Below the pieces are notes generated by a model. The model did no database searches, was not told where the DNA came from, and saw only the letters and a list, made by a program, of their open reading frames with translations. The translations under genes were made by a program, and so were the position numbers. A stretch of DNA of 64,000 nt from an uncultured delta proteobacterium (GTDB lineage Bacteria > Desulfobacterota > Desulfuromonadia > Geobacterales > Pseudopelobacteraceae): positions 128,001 to 192,000 of the forward strand of contig CAVYYZ010000003.1 in the NCBI GenBank assembly GCA_963772835.1, in the 5' to 3' direction. This document shows, piece by piece, positions 44,193-53,993 of this stretch (within the stretch, counting starts at the first letter, position 1; each line of letters begins with the position of its first letter).

Positions 44193-45680
44193 TCAGTGTA
44201 GCAACCTGTCACCCGTAGATTTTTTATCAGCATGAGAAGGTATATGGTTCAAAACTGCCGTCTCCATCAGGGATATACGTCGTTTTGTTCTCATGCCATG
44301 CGGTTTATTTTCGCCCTTGACCTCCATTGAATCCGAGAAGAATCTGAATGTGTTTCTCCCCTCTTTTTTTGCAACATACATGGCCATATCAGCCTTTCTC
44401 AGCAGCGTTTCAATTGTCGACCCATGAAGTGGATACACTGCCACGCCGATACTGGTTGTGACATACGATTGCTGCCCGAGTATATCAAAAGGCTCCCGGA
44501 ATACCGCCTGAACTTTTTCGGCGAATGTAATGATATCCTGTACCGTGCCGGCATCGTTGATGATGATAACAAATTCGTCACCGCCCAGTCGGCCGACAGT
44601 ATCATACTGGCGAACACATTTTTGCAGACCCAGCGCAACTTTTTTCAGAAGGATGTCCCCGGATAGATGCCCCAGCGTATCATTAATATTTTTAAAATTA
44701 TCCAAATCAAGGATCATGACTGCGATAAGCGTATTATGGCGCGCTTCAAATGCAAATGCCTGTTTCATACGGTCAAACAACAGGACACGGTTCGGCAGGC
44801 CTGTCAGGTGATCATGTGTTGCTTTGTACCTCAGTTGTTTTTCGATTCCCTCCCGTAAGCTTATCTCCTGGTTGAGTCCTTTGTTTATGGAGTTAAGTTC
44901 ATTGTTCAACAAACGGATTTCCTTCTCTGCAAGTTTAAGTTCAGAAATATCATTCATCGAAATAATACGGGCACTAGTGCCCGGAATCTTTTTGACATTT
45001 GTATAGATAATTTTTGTGTTTCCTTTGCTGTCAACCAGAATTGACTCGAAATGGTGCACGTCCAGGTCTGAATCATCGTGCGTTTTACCGATTCGTTCTT
45101 CAAGTTTTATGCGTTCACTCGCATCAAAAAAATCAGTCCAGCTTTTTATATTCTCAACAGATTTTTTACTGCATCCCGTAATTCTCTCAAATTGCTTATT
45201 AACCATTTTGATTATTGAATGCTCGTCGATCAGCATCATGGCGTTGTCACTTACCTCAAATAGTGTTCGATACCGATCTTCACTTTCCTTCAGCTGCTTT
45301 TTCATGGTGTGCATGAACAGTGCTATCTCGATGGCATTCTGCAACTGATAAATTTCGTAAGGTTTTATAAGAAATGCATATGGTTCAGTCTGTTTGGCAC
45401 GTTCAAACACCTTGGTGTCAGAGTTTGCTGTTACATAGATAACCGGTATATCAAATTGGGCATGTACTTCTTTTACAGCACATATGCCGTCAATTTTACC
45501 GCCAAGGGTAATATCCATAAGAATAATATCAGGTATATCTTTGGAAATGTTTTCAACGAAATCCTCTCCGGTATGAACCACATTAGTGATCTGGTAACCC
45601 ATACGGAGCAATGACTGACTCAAATGGCGAGCAGCGATAATGTCATCTTCTGCCAATAGTATTTTCGCTTTGCCTGACAT
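44193..45680 (-). CDS. REC-PAS-GGDEF diguanylate cyclase
   Basis: HDHLTGLPNR, DLDNFK.INDTLGH, RQYD I-site, RLGGDEF. Confidence 0.93.
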   Translation of the reverse strand: MSGKAKILLAEDDIIAARHLSQSLLRMGYQITNVVHTGEDFVENISKDIPDIILMDITLGGKIDGICAVKEVHAQFDIPVIYVTANSDTKVFERAKQTEPYAFLIKPYEIYQLQNAIEIALFMHTMKKQLKESEDRYRTLFEVSDNAMMLIDEHSIIKMVNKQFERITGCSKKSVENIKSWTDFFDASERIKLEERIGKTHDDSDLDVHHFESILVDSKGNTKIIYTNVKKIPGTSARIISMNDISELKLAEKEIRLLNNELNSINKGLNQEISLREGIEKQLRYKATHDHLTGLPNRVLLFDRMKQAFAFEARHNTLIAVMILDLDNFKNINDTLGHLSGDILLKKVALGLQKCVRQYDTVGRLGGDEFVIIINDAGTVQDIITFAEKVQAVFREPFDILGQQSYVTTSIGVAVYPLHGSTIETLLRKADMAMYVAKKEGRNTFRFFSDSMEVKGENKPHGMRTKRRISLMETAVLNHIPSHADKKSTGDRLLH

Positions 45681-45718
45681 TCCGTACCTCCACGAAGCAT
45701 TAATACTGGTATGCAGGG

Positions 45719-45910
45719 TTACTCTTCGATTCGGGGACGTTTACCCCAGAAGGACAAGGCGCAGAGACTGGAGCCGAGAAGGAGAAGAGTCACAGGATTT
45801 GAAACGGGATCCGGTTGAGAAGCGCCAGTTGTCGGGTAGGCATTTACCAGTACTGACATCCAGAAAATAAATATTCCAAAACATACAGATATCACCAGGA
45901 ACTTTTTCAT
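45719..45910 (-). CDS. Miniature PEP-CTERM-like protein (degenerate VSNP motif)
   Basis: AGGAG RBS; signal peptide MKKFL..VNA, about 11-aa linker, PVSNPVTLLLLGSSL..GKRPR (TM plus basic tail). Confidence 0.7.
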   Translation of the reverse strand: MKKFLVISVCFGIFIFWMSVLVNAYPTTGASQPDPVSNPVTLLLLGSSLCALSFWGKRPRIEE

Positions 45911-45978
45911 GACGGTTCTCCTTATCAATCAACGGGTGATGATAAAAAGCGTATTCAGATGATGCTGTTACGTAGTTT

Positions 45979-45994
45979 AGCAACGTATGTGCCA
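45979..45994 (-). promoter_or_regulatory. Sigma54 promoter
   Basis: Perfect TGGCAC-ATACG-TTGCT. Confidence 0.85.
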
Positions 45995-46056
45995 AGTCAT
46001 AACTGTTCGTTATTATTGGTGTTATCAGCATGATTGTTTTACGTTTTATAAAAAAA

Positions 46057-46073
46057 TGTAAAATCGGCCGACA
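46057..46073 (-). promoter_or_regulatory. PEP-CTERM-box-like enhancer (TGT-N11-ACA)
   Basis: TGTCGGCCGATTTTACA on the minus strand, 63-nt offset from the -24 element. Confidence 0.7.
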
Positions 46074-46293
46074 GTGCAGCGATGTTTTATTACAGTGTTA
46101 AACCAACGGATATGTACTGACGCAATTGCGCCACTCTTAACATCGGTCACCTTTTTTACTGAGAATCCCTTTCCCAGAATATCATGCTTTCTGGAACGTA
46201 CAGCGACGCAGCGACATCTCATTTAACATATAAATGAAGCCTTAAAAAACCATAAGATGCTGTAACCAAAGATAAAATATGCATATTGGAATA

Positions 46294-46308
46294 TGGCACG
46301 TTTTGTGG
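46294..46308 (+). promoter_or_regulatory. Possible sigma54 promoter (variant -12) for prsT/EPS operon
   Basis: TGGCAC-GTTTT-GTGG. Confidence 0.45.
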
Positions 46309-46383
46309 TTCCTCTCCATGTGTAGAAAATGCGGTGATTGATAAACAGATAACGCGTATCAAGCCTTTTCGGAGGGTACTGAT

Positions 46384-46734
46384 ATGTATAAGAATATAAT
46401 AATTTTACTTATTACCATATTCGGAGCTACCGGATGTGCCGGTAAAACAAGTGAAGAAATGTATGCGGATGGAGTCAAGCTGATGATGAATGGGAAATCG
46501 GATAGTGCGATAATTTTTTTTAAAAATGCACTTGTGAAAAATCAAAGTTATCTGGATGCACGATATCAATTGGCCAGGGCGTACATGTCGGAAAGAAAAT
46601 ATGAACTCGCAGAAAAAGAATTTCAAAAAGTCCAATTAATGAATCCATATGAACCGAACATTAAGCATGATCTGGCTACGGTAAACAACTACCTCGAAAA
46701 ACAGGGACATGCGGTACGTACTGTCGAAGAGTAG
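46384..46734 (+). pseudogene. Truncated PrsT-like TPR lipoprotein (N-terminal 116 aa only)
   Basis: Lipobox ATGC, AIIFFKNAL..DARYQLARAY..AEKEFQKV TPR; canonical prsT position upstream of the sugar transferase. Confidence 0.7.
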
Positions 46735-46858
46735 TTTTTTTGAATAATCATATCGATGGATATCCGGCACTATTCGGGCGTGAATACAGAAATAGTATGT
46801 ATCTGCCAACGGAACGCACACAAAGTAACGCCGGTGATTGAGATGCAAGGAGTACCCG

Positions 46859-48226
46859 ATGGAACAGAATAAGAGACTTGTTTTATTGGTAATCGGCGAT
46901 TGCATTGCTGCCATTCTGGCGCTTCTGGCGTCAATTCCTATTCGATTCAGAAAGATTCCGACTGTTGAGGATGTCGAGTCACTGGGAGCTGAAAGGATCA
47001 TCGCATTTGTGCTGATTGTCGTGTTTTTATCCTTTCTGGTCGAAATCTACAAAAATCATCATGAACTTGTTGCCAGGGATATTGCAGTCAAAATAGGTGC
47101 CTCACTGGGAGTATCATGCTTTGTATTTTCTATTTTAATATTTTCACATGATAGTGAAACTTATGGCAGCGATTTTTTGGTGTATTCGATCATAATTTTC
47201 GGATTACTTCAGTTTCTCTGCCACACATCCTACCGTTTATATGTAAAATTTCAGGGTTTTGCACAACGTGTTGTGATTCTGGGAGTCGGAGCTTCAGCCG
47301 GAAACATGGGGGCTCTCATTCCGGAATCCGATGATAACTATCTGCTTTCCGGGTATGTCAGGTGTTCCGATGAAACGGCAGAGGTGCCCTCAAACTGGAT
47401 TCTTGAAAATAGTGGCGGAATCTACGATACGGTAAAAAGAGAGAAGGCTGACAAAATAGTAGTCTCTCTGACTGAACGTCGCGGCGTGTTTCCGTTTCAG
47501 GAGGTCATGGCCTGCAAGCTTGATGGCGTGGAGGTGGTTGACGCACCGTCGTTTTATGAGCACGTAACCGGAAAACTGTTTTTGGAAGGAATTAACCCCA
47601 GTTGGATTATTTTTTCTGAAGGATTCAAGGTCAGTAACGTTCGCAAGTTTTTTAAAAGAGGCGTTGATCTGTTCTGCGCATCCGTCGGCATCATCCTGAC
47701 TCTTCCCTTTTTACCGTTCGTCGCTCTGGCGATCAAGCTCGACTCCTCCGGGCCTGTTTTTTACCGGCAGGAGCGCGTAGGTGAAAAGGAAAAACCCTTC
47801 TTCCTTTATAAATTACGAACCATGCAGGCGGATGCAGAATCCGGCAGCGGTGCCGTGTGGGCGCAGAAAAATGACTCGAGGGTTACCAGATTGGGTGCTT
47901 TTTTCCGCGCATGCCGCATTGATGAGCTGCCACAGTTTTACAACATACTCTGCGGAGAGATGAGCATGGTTGGTCCGCGGCCTGAACGACCGGAGTTTGT
48001 CGAAAAACTGAAGAAAATTATCCCGTATTACTCGGAGCGTCACTTTGTGAAACCGGGAGTAACCGGCTGGGCACAGGTTCGTTATCCATACGGAGCATCC
48101 GTAGAGGATGCCATGGAAAAGCTTCGCTTTGACCTTTATTACATCAAGAACCTTTCTCTGACATTTGATTTCATGATTATCCTGGAGACAATTCAGGTGA
48201 TTCTCTTCAGGAGAGGCGCACGATGA
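46859..48226 (+). CDS. PEP-CTERM-associated priming sugar transferase (TIGR03013-like)
   Basis: 4 TM, IVVSLTERRG, YRQERVG, RIDELPQ, VGPRPERP, KPGVTGWAQV. Confidence 0.92.
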   Translation: MEQNKRLVLLVIGDCIAAILALLASIPIRFRKIPTVEDVESLGAERIIAFVLIVVFLSFLVEIYKNHHELVARDIAVKIGASLGVSCFVFSILIFSHDSETYGSDFLVYSIIIFGLLQFLCHTSYRLYVKFQGFAQRVVILGVGASAGNMGALIPESDDNYLLSGYVRCSDETAEVPSNWILENSGGIYDTVKREKADKIVVSLTERRGVFPFQEVMACKLDGVEVVDAPSFYEHVTGKLFLEGINPSWIIFSEGFKVSNVRKFFKRGVDLFCASVGIILTLPFLPFVALAIKLDSSGPVFYRQERVGEKEKPFFLYKLRTMQADAESGSGAVWAQKNDSRVTRLGAFFRACRIDELPQFYNILCGEMSMVGPRPERPEFVEKLKKIIPYYSERHFVKPGVTGWAQVRYPYGASVEDAMEKLRFDLYYIKNLSLTFDFMIILETIQVILFRRGAR

Positions 48227-48247
48227 TTGCTGGCAAAGGAGTTCATA

Positions 48248-49054
48248 ATGAAAAAATGGCTGATGATAGCATTGATCGGATTACTGGTATTTCCCCCCCT
48301 GCGGTCTCAGGCTGCAGATTATGTCATCGGAGAGGGAGATGTTCTGGACATCTTTGTCTGGGGCATCAAGGAGCTTAATGTTTCGGTGAAGGTGCGACCG
48401 GACGGCAAGATAACCATACCGGGGATAGGTGATGTGAAAGCATCGGGTTTTACCCCGCCGGGGCTGCAAAAATCTCTCAGTGAAAAACTCAAGGAATTAG
48501 TTAAAACTCCGAATGTCACTGTGACGGTTAAAGAAATCACAAACAGTAAAGTATATATATTCGGCGGCGGGGTAAAATCAGTTGCATACGATCTCAATCG
48601 CAGCACAACACTTTTGCAGCTGCTGTGTAACCTGGGCGATGTCAAGACCGCCGACCTTAAAAAAGCATATGTGTTACGGAACGGTAAAATGATCAAGGTC
48701 GGTTTTTACAAACTGTTCATTGGAGGAGATACCAGCGAGGATATGGTCATAGAATCTAACGATTCAATCTATATACCGCTCCTCATGGATAAGAGCATCT
48801 ATGTCCTTGGCGCTGTTAATACCCCTAAATTTATTGAGTACCGGGATGGAATGACGGTCATGCAGGCGGTTCTTGAGGCCGGAGGCTTCAGTAAATTTGC
48901 CAAGCAGAATGAAACAATTATTCTTCGTAAGGAAGGTGAAAAAGAGATGATTATAAAGGTTAAGGCAAAGGACATTCTGAATGATGGTGATCTGAGCCAG
49001 AATCTAAAATTAAAGCCGAATGATTACGTTATGGTCAAGGAAGGTCTGTTTTAA
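48248..49054 (+). CDS. Polysaccharide export (OPX) protein, Poly_export plus SLBB domains
   Basis: DYVIGEGDVL.I.VW, VRPDGKITIP, EAGGFSKFA. Confidence 0.9.
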   Translation: MKKWLMIALIGLLVFPPLRSQAADYVIGEGDVLDIFVWGIKELNVSVKVRPDGKITIPGIGDVKASGFTPPGLQKSLSEKLKELVKTPNVTVTVKEITNSKVYIFGGGVKSVAYDLNRSTTLLQLLCNLGDVKTADLKKAYVLRNGKMIKVGFYKLFIGGDTSEDMVIESNDSIYIPLLMDKSIYVLGAVNTPKFIEYRDGMTVMQAVLEAGGFSKFAKQNETIILRKEGEKEMIIKVKAKDILNDGDLSQNLKLKPNDYVMVKEGLF

Positions 49055-49087
49055 TAGTAGAAAATACTATGAAACGCGGGGTGAAAC

Positions 49088-50587
49088 ATGAGTGATACAG
49101 AGGAATATGACTATAAAAAATATGTACAACTTATCATCAAAAAAAAATATCTGTTCGTAACACTGGCTCTGATGATCATGGCCGGAGTTGCCATCACCAG
49201 CTACATCCTGCCAGAACGGTATGAGGCCAAATGCACTGTTTTTATCGAAAACAGTCTGATAAGCGAGCTTGTTAAAGGGATCGCAATAACGTCTTCATTC
49301 GACGAAAAACTGAGAGTTCTGGCGTATACGCTGAAAAGCCGAACATTGCTGCTCAAGGTGATAGATGATCTCGGGTTGAATGTAAACAAACAGAACGACG
49401 GGCAACTGGAAAACATGGTCAGGGATTTTCAGGCAAAGACAGATATCAAGATGAAAGACAAGGAAGGTCTCTTTACTATTACGTTCGTCAACGAGAATCC
49501 CCGCTTTGCGCGTGATTATGTGAATTCACTTGTTCAACGCTATGTTGAACAGAATATTACCTCAAAGAGAGAGGAGTCGCGTGGCGCCACCAGTTTTCTT
49601 TCGGAACAGATTTCAGCGATCAAGTTAAAGCTCGAGGAGGCTGAAACCAGAGCAAACAGTTACAAGAGAGACAATAGCGGCGTGCTTGCCCAGAGTGAAG
49701 TTGTGCTACTCACCGATATCGGTCAGGCACAGCAGAGGATTGATGAAATTGAGGTAAAACGTCGTCAGATTGAAAATATGCTGAGTCAGGCCAGAAAAAA
49801 TGATCCGTTGAAGGCAAGGCTGGCTGTGCTGAAGAAAAAGCAACAGGAATTGAGTCTTGTCTATACAGATATTCACCCCGAAGTTGTTGAAATAAACAAT
49901 GAAATTTCAGCTGTTAAGCAACAGCTTCAATCGGGAATGACGAGAGCTGATATTGCTGAAGGCCCTTCGCAGGAAGTAGTGAAGCTAACGATGGAATTGA
50001 ATTCACTGCGTGATTCTGAAAACAGTCAGCGGCGCTTTATCGCTTCAAAACAGGCTCTGCTCAGAAGCATACCTGCAGCGAGAACAGGGCTCGACGAGCT
50101 GGAACGTGAAAAAAACAGTCAAAGAAATCTTTATGAGCAGCTCGTCGCAAGATATGGGCAGTCGGAGGTCTCAAAACAGATGGAAGTGCAGGATAAAGCC
50201 ACAACCTTCCGGATAGAAGATCCGGCAATCCTGCCGATCAAGCCGATCAGTCCGCAGCGTGTAAAAATTATCCTGCTCGGAATCGTTGGTGGTATTGCGG
50301 CAAGTTTTGGTTTTCTCGTGCTGCTTGATCTTCTTGATAAATCGGTCCGAAATGTCGAATCACTTAAATCTCTGGGGGTTCAAATTCTGGCAGTGGTGCC
50401 GACAATCGAAAATCCGCTTGAAACAGAGGTGTTGCGCAAACGGGACTACTGGTTTTACGGCATTTCCGCCACCTGTTTTGTGTTGATTCTGGCTACTGTC
50501 CCTCTTGAACTGCTGCGCTCCTTTTCTATCGATGTTTTCAACCCGGCCGAACTCGGGTCACAAATAAGAACACTTACACTCAAATAA
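49088..50587 (+). CDS. XrtA-system polysaccharide chain-length determinant (PCP)
   Basis: Two TM flanking coiled coil, YTDIHPEV, FRIEDPA..P..P. Confidence 0.9.
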   Translation: MSDTEEYDYKKYVQLIIKKKYLFVTLALMIMAGVAITSYILPERYEAKCTVFIENSLISELVKGIAITSSFDEKLRVLAYTLKSRTLLLKVIDDLGLNVNKQNDGQLENMVRDFQAKTDIKMKDKEGLFTITFVNENPRFARDYVNSLVQRYVEQNITSKREESRGATSFLSEQISAIKLKLEEAETRANSYKRDNSGVLAQSEVVLLTDIGQAQQRIDEIEVKRRQIENMLSQARKNDPLKARLAVLKKKQQELSLVYTDIHPEVVEINNEISAVKQQLQSGMTRADIAEGPSQEVVKLTMELNSLRDSENSQRRFIASKQALLRSIPAARTGLDELEREKNSQRNLYEQLVARYGQSEVSKQMEVQDKATTFRIEDPAILPIKPISPQRVKIILLGIVGGIAASFGFLVLLDLLDKSVRNVESLKSLGVQILAVVPTIENPLETEVLRKRDYWFYGISATCFVLILATVPLELLRSFSIDVFNPAELGSQIRTLTLK

Positions 50588-50622
50588 TTAAACGGTAATT
50601 ATTTTATTTGAAAGGATCTTAT

Positions 50623-51435
50623 ATGAGCAGAATTGAAGCAGCACTTGAAAAAGCGGCAAAAATAAGAAGTGAATCAATCTCTGCAGTCATGGCTGAAAAA
50701 ACGGCTCCGGGGGGTCATATTCCACCACCCATGACTACGCCGGGAATCACGGTGACAAACAAACTGCTTGTAACCGTGAATGACCCTCACACACATGCAG
50801 CGGAAGAATACAGCAAATTAAAGTCCGTAATTGTCAGACTGACTAAAAAAGGGTCTTTTCTGAACATGCTGATGGTGACCAGCTCCCTGGGCGGAGAAGG
50901 GAAAAGTCTGACATCTCTTAATCTCGCCTTGAGTCTGGCCCAGGAATTTGATCACACGGTACTGCTGGTAGATGCCGACATCAGAAAACCGACGATTCAC
51001 AGCTATCTGGGGATAGCGAATTCGATTGGTCTGACGGATTGTCTTCTTGATCATATTGAAGTCAAGGATGCGCTTATACGAACCGGTATAGGTAAATTGT
51101 CATTTCTGCCTGCGGGACGGGAGGTGCCGAACCCTGCTGAAGTTTTTAACTCGCAGCGGATGAGGGACTTTCTCCTTGAGATGAAAAACCGCTATCACGA
51201 CCGTTACATAATAATTGATACCCCACCTGTGCTTCCGTTTGCAGAGACACGTTCACTGAGTGCCATTGTCGATGGCATCCTGCTGGTTGCAAAGGAAGGT
51301 CTTGTCACACTGCACAATATTGAGGAAACGATGGGATATATCAAGGGGACTCCTCTTTTGGGTATCGTTTACAATGAAGCTGCGACAGAAATGAACTATG
51401 ACCGTTACAAATATTGCCGTGAAGGAAATGCGTGA
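50623..51435 (+). CDS. XrtA-associated tyrosine autokinase
   Basis: MSRIEAALEKA, SSLGGEGKS, LLVDADIRKP, IIDTPP, Tyr tail. Confidence 0.92.
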   Translation: MSRIEAALEKAAKIRSESISAVMAEKTAPGGHIPPPMTTPGITVTNKLLVTVNDPHTHAAEEYSKLKSVIVRLTKKGSFLNMLMVTSSLGGEGKSLTSLNLALSLAQEFDHTVLLVDADIRKPTIHSYLGIANSIGLTDCLLDHIEVKDALIRTGIGKLSFLPAGREVPNPAEVFNSQRMRDFLLEMKNRYHDRYIIIDTPPVLPFAETRSLSAIVDGILLVAKEGLVTLHNIEETMGYIKGTPLLGIVYNEAATEMNYDRYKYCREGNA

Positions 51436-51498
51436 ACTGACTGAGGTCCCTCAGGATAGAGGGGCCATTAAAACTCAGAAAATATATGAGGTACATAT

Positions 51499-52659
51499 AT
51501 GTATGAGGCATTTTTCAACCTGACACAGAAACCCTTCGACCTTCTGCCGGATCCGGATTTTCTGTTTATGAGCAGTTCCCATAAAAAGGCACTTTCCTAT
51601 CTGGACTACGGAATCAGGGAACGGGTCGGCTTTATCCTCCTTACCGGCGAAGTGGGTTCAGGTAAAACTACTATTATCCGGAACCTTATTAAAAAAAATC
51701 TTTCCGATGTCGTTCTCTCCAAAATATTTAATACACGTGTGGATTCGGAACAGCTGATCGCTATGATCAATGACGATTTTGGCCTTCCTGTCCTGAACAA
51801 GGACAAGATAACGCTGCTGAGAGATCTGAATACCTTTCTGATTGAACAGTTCGTAAAAGGAAATCAGCCTGTACTGATCATAGATGAGGCTCAAAATCTC
51901 GATCAAAATCTACTGGAAGAGATCAGAATGCTCTCCAATCTGGAGACCGACAATGCAAAGCTGCTGCAGATCATTCTTGTGGGACAGCCCGAATTGCGGA
52001 AAACACTGTCAAAACCGACATTAGTGCAGCTGCGCCAGAGGATCAGCATCAACTGCCATCTTCAACCGCTCTCTCGATCTGAAATCGAACAATATATTCT
52101 GCATCGTCTGGAAAAAGCCGGGGACCGGAATGCTGCAAGTTTTTCCGGGGAAACCATTGATATCATCTTCACATACAGCCGGGGAATTCCGAGGCTGATT
52201 AACATCATATGTGATTTCATTCTGCTGTCAGCATTTGCAGAAGAGACCAGAATAATTGATGCCGCACTGGTACTTGATATTATAGGAGATCTGGACTTTG
52301 AGTACCATTACTGGGGAGGACCGTCGAAGGTGGGCACTGATGCGACTGTAAACGGCAGTGATGGAGTCTCTTCATTCGATTTCACCGAGGCTGGAGCCTC
52401 AGCAGCACTGAACAAAGAAATCAATGGTTCCGGAAAGGATTCAGAGACTGCCAGTCAGAAAATGCTTCAGGAAATGGCGGCAAAAATAAACGACCTTGAA
52501 AAAACGGTGAAGAGTCATCAGGAGAAAACCGGAAACCTTATTCAAAAAATATTCACCTGTAATTCAATTTCTGATGGAGAAAAACCGGTCGAATTTTCAA
52601 GTGAAGAAAGCGGCCCGCCATTACTGGGAAATATGTTCGGCCGGCTGTTCAGGCTTTGA
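51499..52659 (+). CDS. XrtA-associated ExeA-like ATPase
   Basis: MYEAFFNL..KPF, GEVGSGKTT, IIDEAQNL, LVGQPEL, GIPRLIN. Confidence 0.92.
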   Translation: MYEAFFNLTQKPFDLLPDPDFLFMSSSHKKALSYLDYGIRERVGFILLTGEVGSGKTTIIRNLIKKNLSDVVLSKIFNTRVDSEQLIAMINDDFGLPVLNKDKITLLRDLNTFLIEQFVKGNQPVLIIDEAQNLDQNLLEEIRMLSNLETDNAKLLQIILVGQPELRKTLSKPTLVQLRQRISINCHLQPLSRSEIEQYILHRLEKAGDRNAASFSGETIDIIFTYSRGIPRLINIICDFILLSAFAEETRIIDAALVLDIIGDLDFEYHYWGGPSKVGTDATVNGSDGVSSFDFTEAGASAALNKEINGSGKDSETASQKMLQEMAAKINDLEKTVKSHQEKTGNLIQKIFTCNSISDGEKPVEFSSEESGPPLLGNMFGRLFRL

Positions 52660-52746
52660 TACTGAATTGATGACAGTTAGGTCGTACGTTTAAGCACGTA
52701 TAACATCCGGTTCAAAATAAATTATCTCTTATTTTAGAGGGTTACT

Positions 52747-53985
52747 GTGAGGAATCCCATGTTGAAGGCACTGCGGGGAACATTGCTTTTCAGTATTATA
52801 TCAGTGTCAACTGCTGCGCAAGGGGGTGAATTTGAACTGCATCCCTCTATAGCTGTCAGCGAGGAGTTCACCGATAATCTATTTGAGACGAGAGACAACC
52901 GCATTTCTGATTACATCACCAGAGTGCTGCCGGGAGTTGCTGCGAGTTACAAAGCACCGGCGCTGAATGCAGATCTGAACTATGTATTCGACTACCGGCA
53001 TTACGCCAATAATAACCGTGATGACGAGATAGCACATTCACTCAGTGCAAAGGCCAAACTGGCCGCTGTGGAAAATCTCTTTTTTCTGGATGTCAGCGAA
53101 GAGTATCAGCGTGTTTCGCTGGATGTGACCCGGGATGTGACCAAGGAGAGCCTTTTTTTTAACCAGACAGACCGCAACGTTGCCGCCGTATCACCGTATT
53201 TCACGGTGCGCCCTTCAGAAAGACTCCCGGTTAAATTCGGATACCGTTTTATCGATACCCGCTATGCCAGTTCATCCGGTATCGACAGAACCGACCACAT
53301 TGGTTTTTTGGAAATGGCCTATGAATTATCGAAAAAATTCAGTTTGACGGCCTCCTATACATTCACCCGGGAGATGGCTGATATCGGTAATTTAAGTCAG
53401 CATCAGGCGCTGGGAGGCTTTCGATATGAGTATGCGGATAAATCGTTCGTCTTCGCTCAGGCAGGCAATACCTGGATCGAATATGACAGTGGTCATCTTC
53501 TCAACGGCTTTATCTGGAGTGCAGGGGCAACTCACGTATTTGACACGGCAACCGCCACTATTACTACAGGTGTGAAATTTAACGAAGATCCGCTGAGTAA
53601 CAATGTCCAGGAGCGTTTTGTCAGCGCTGTTTTTGAGAAGCGGTTTCAGAGGGGATCACTGAGTCTTTCCCCTTATTATTCCGAATATATTCTGACAGAC
53701 ACAGATACGCTGCAGACAAAAAAAATCGGAGCCGTTGTGCAGGGTACCTACGAATTATTCACGGACCTCAACGGCAGAGCTGCATGTACTGCAGAAAAAT
53801 ACGAACAGCCGACTTATGACGGATATACAAGACGTTTACAGATTGAATCCGGACTCAGTTATCTGCTGGCCAAACAGTTAACGGTCTCACTCTCGTATAT
53901 TTACGTAGAATACTTTTCTCCTGACATTGCTGCAGACAACCGACACGTTAATCGCGGGATGATCGAAATCAAGAAAACATTCTGA
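52747..53985 (+). CDS. PEP-CTERM-associated outer-membrane beta-barrel (TIGR03016-like)
   Basis: Signal peptide, PSIAVSEEFTDN, alternating beta strands, C-terminal Phe. Confidence 0.85.
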   Translation: MRNPMLKALRGTLLFSIISVSTAAQGGEFELHPSIAVSEEFTDNLFETRDNRISDYITRVLPGVAASYKAPALNADLNYVFDYRHYANNNRDDEIAHSLSAKAKLAAVENLFFLDVSEEYQRVSLDVTRDVTKESLFFNQTDRNVAAVSPYFTVRPSERLPVKFGYRFIDTRYASSSGIDRTDHIGFLEMAYELSKKFSLTASYTFTREMADIGNLSQHQALGGFRYEYADKSFVFAQAGNTWIEYDSGHLLNGFIWSAGATHVFDTATATITTGVKFNEDPLSNNVQERFVSAVFEKRFQRGSLSLSPYYSEYILTDTDTLQTKKIGAVVQGTYELFTDLNGRAACTAEKYEQPTYDGYTRRLQIESGLSYLLAKQLTVSLSYIYVEYFSPDIAADNRHVNRGMIEIKKTF

Positions 53986-53993
53986 GGTTGCTG

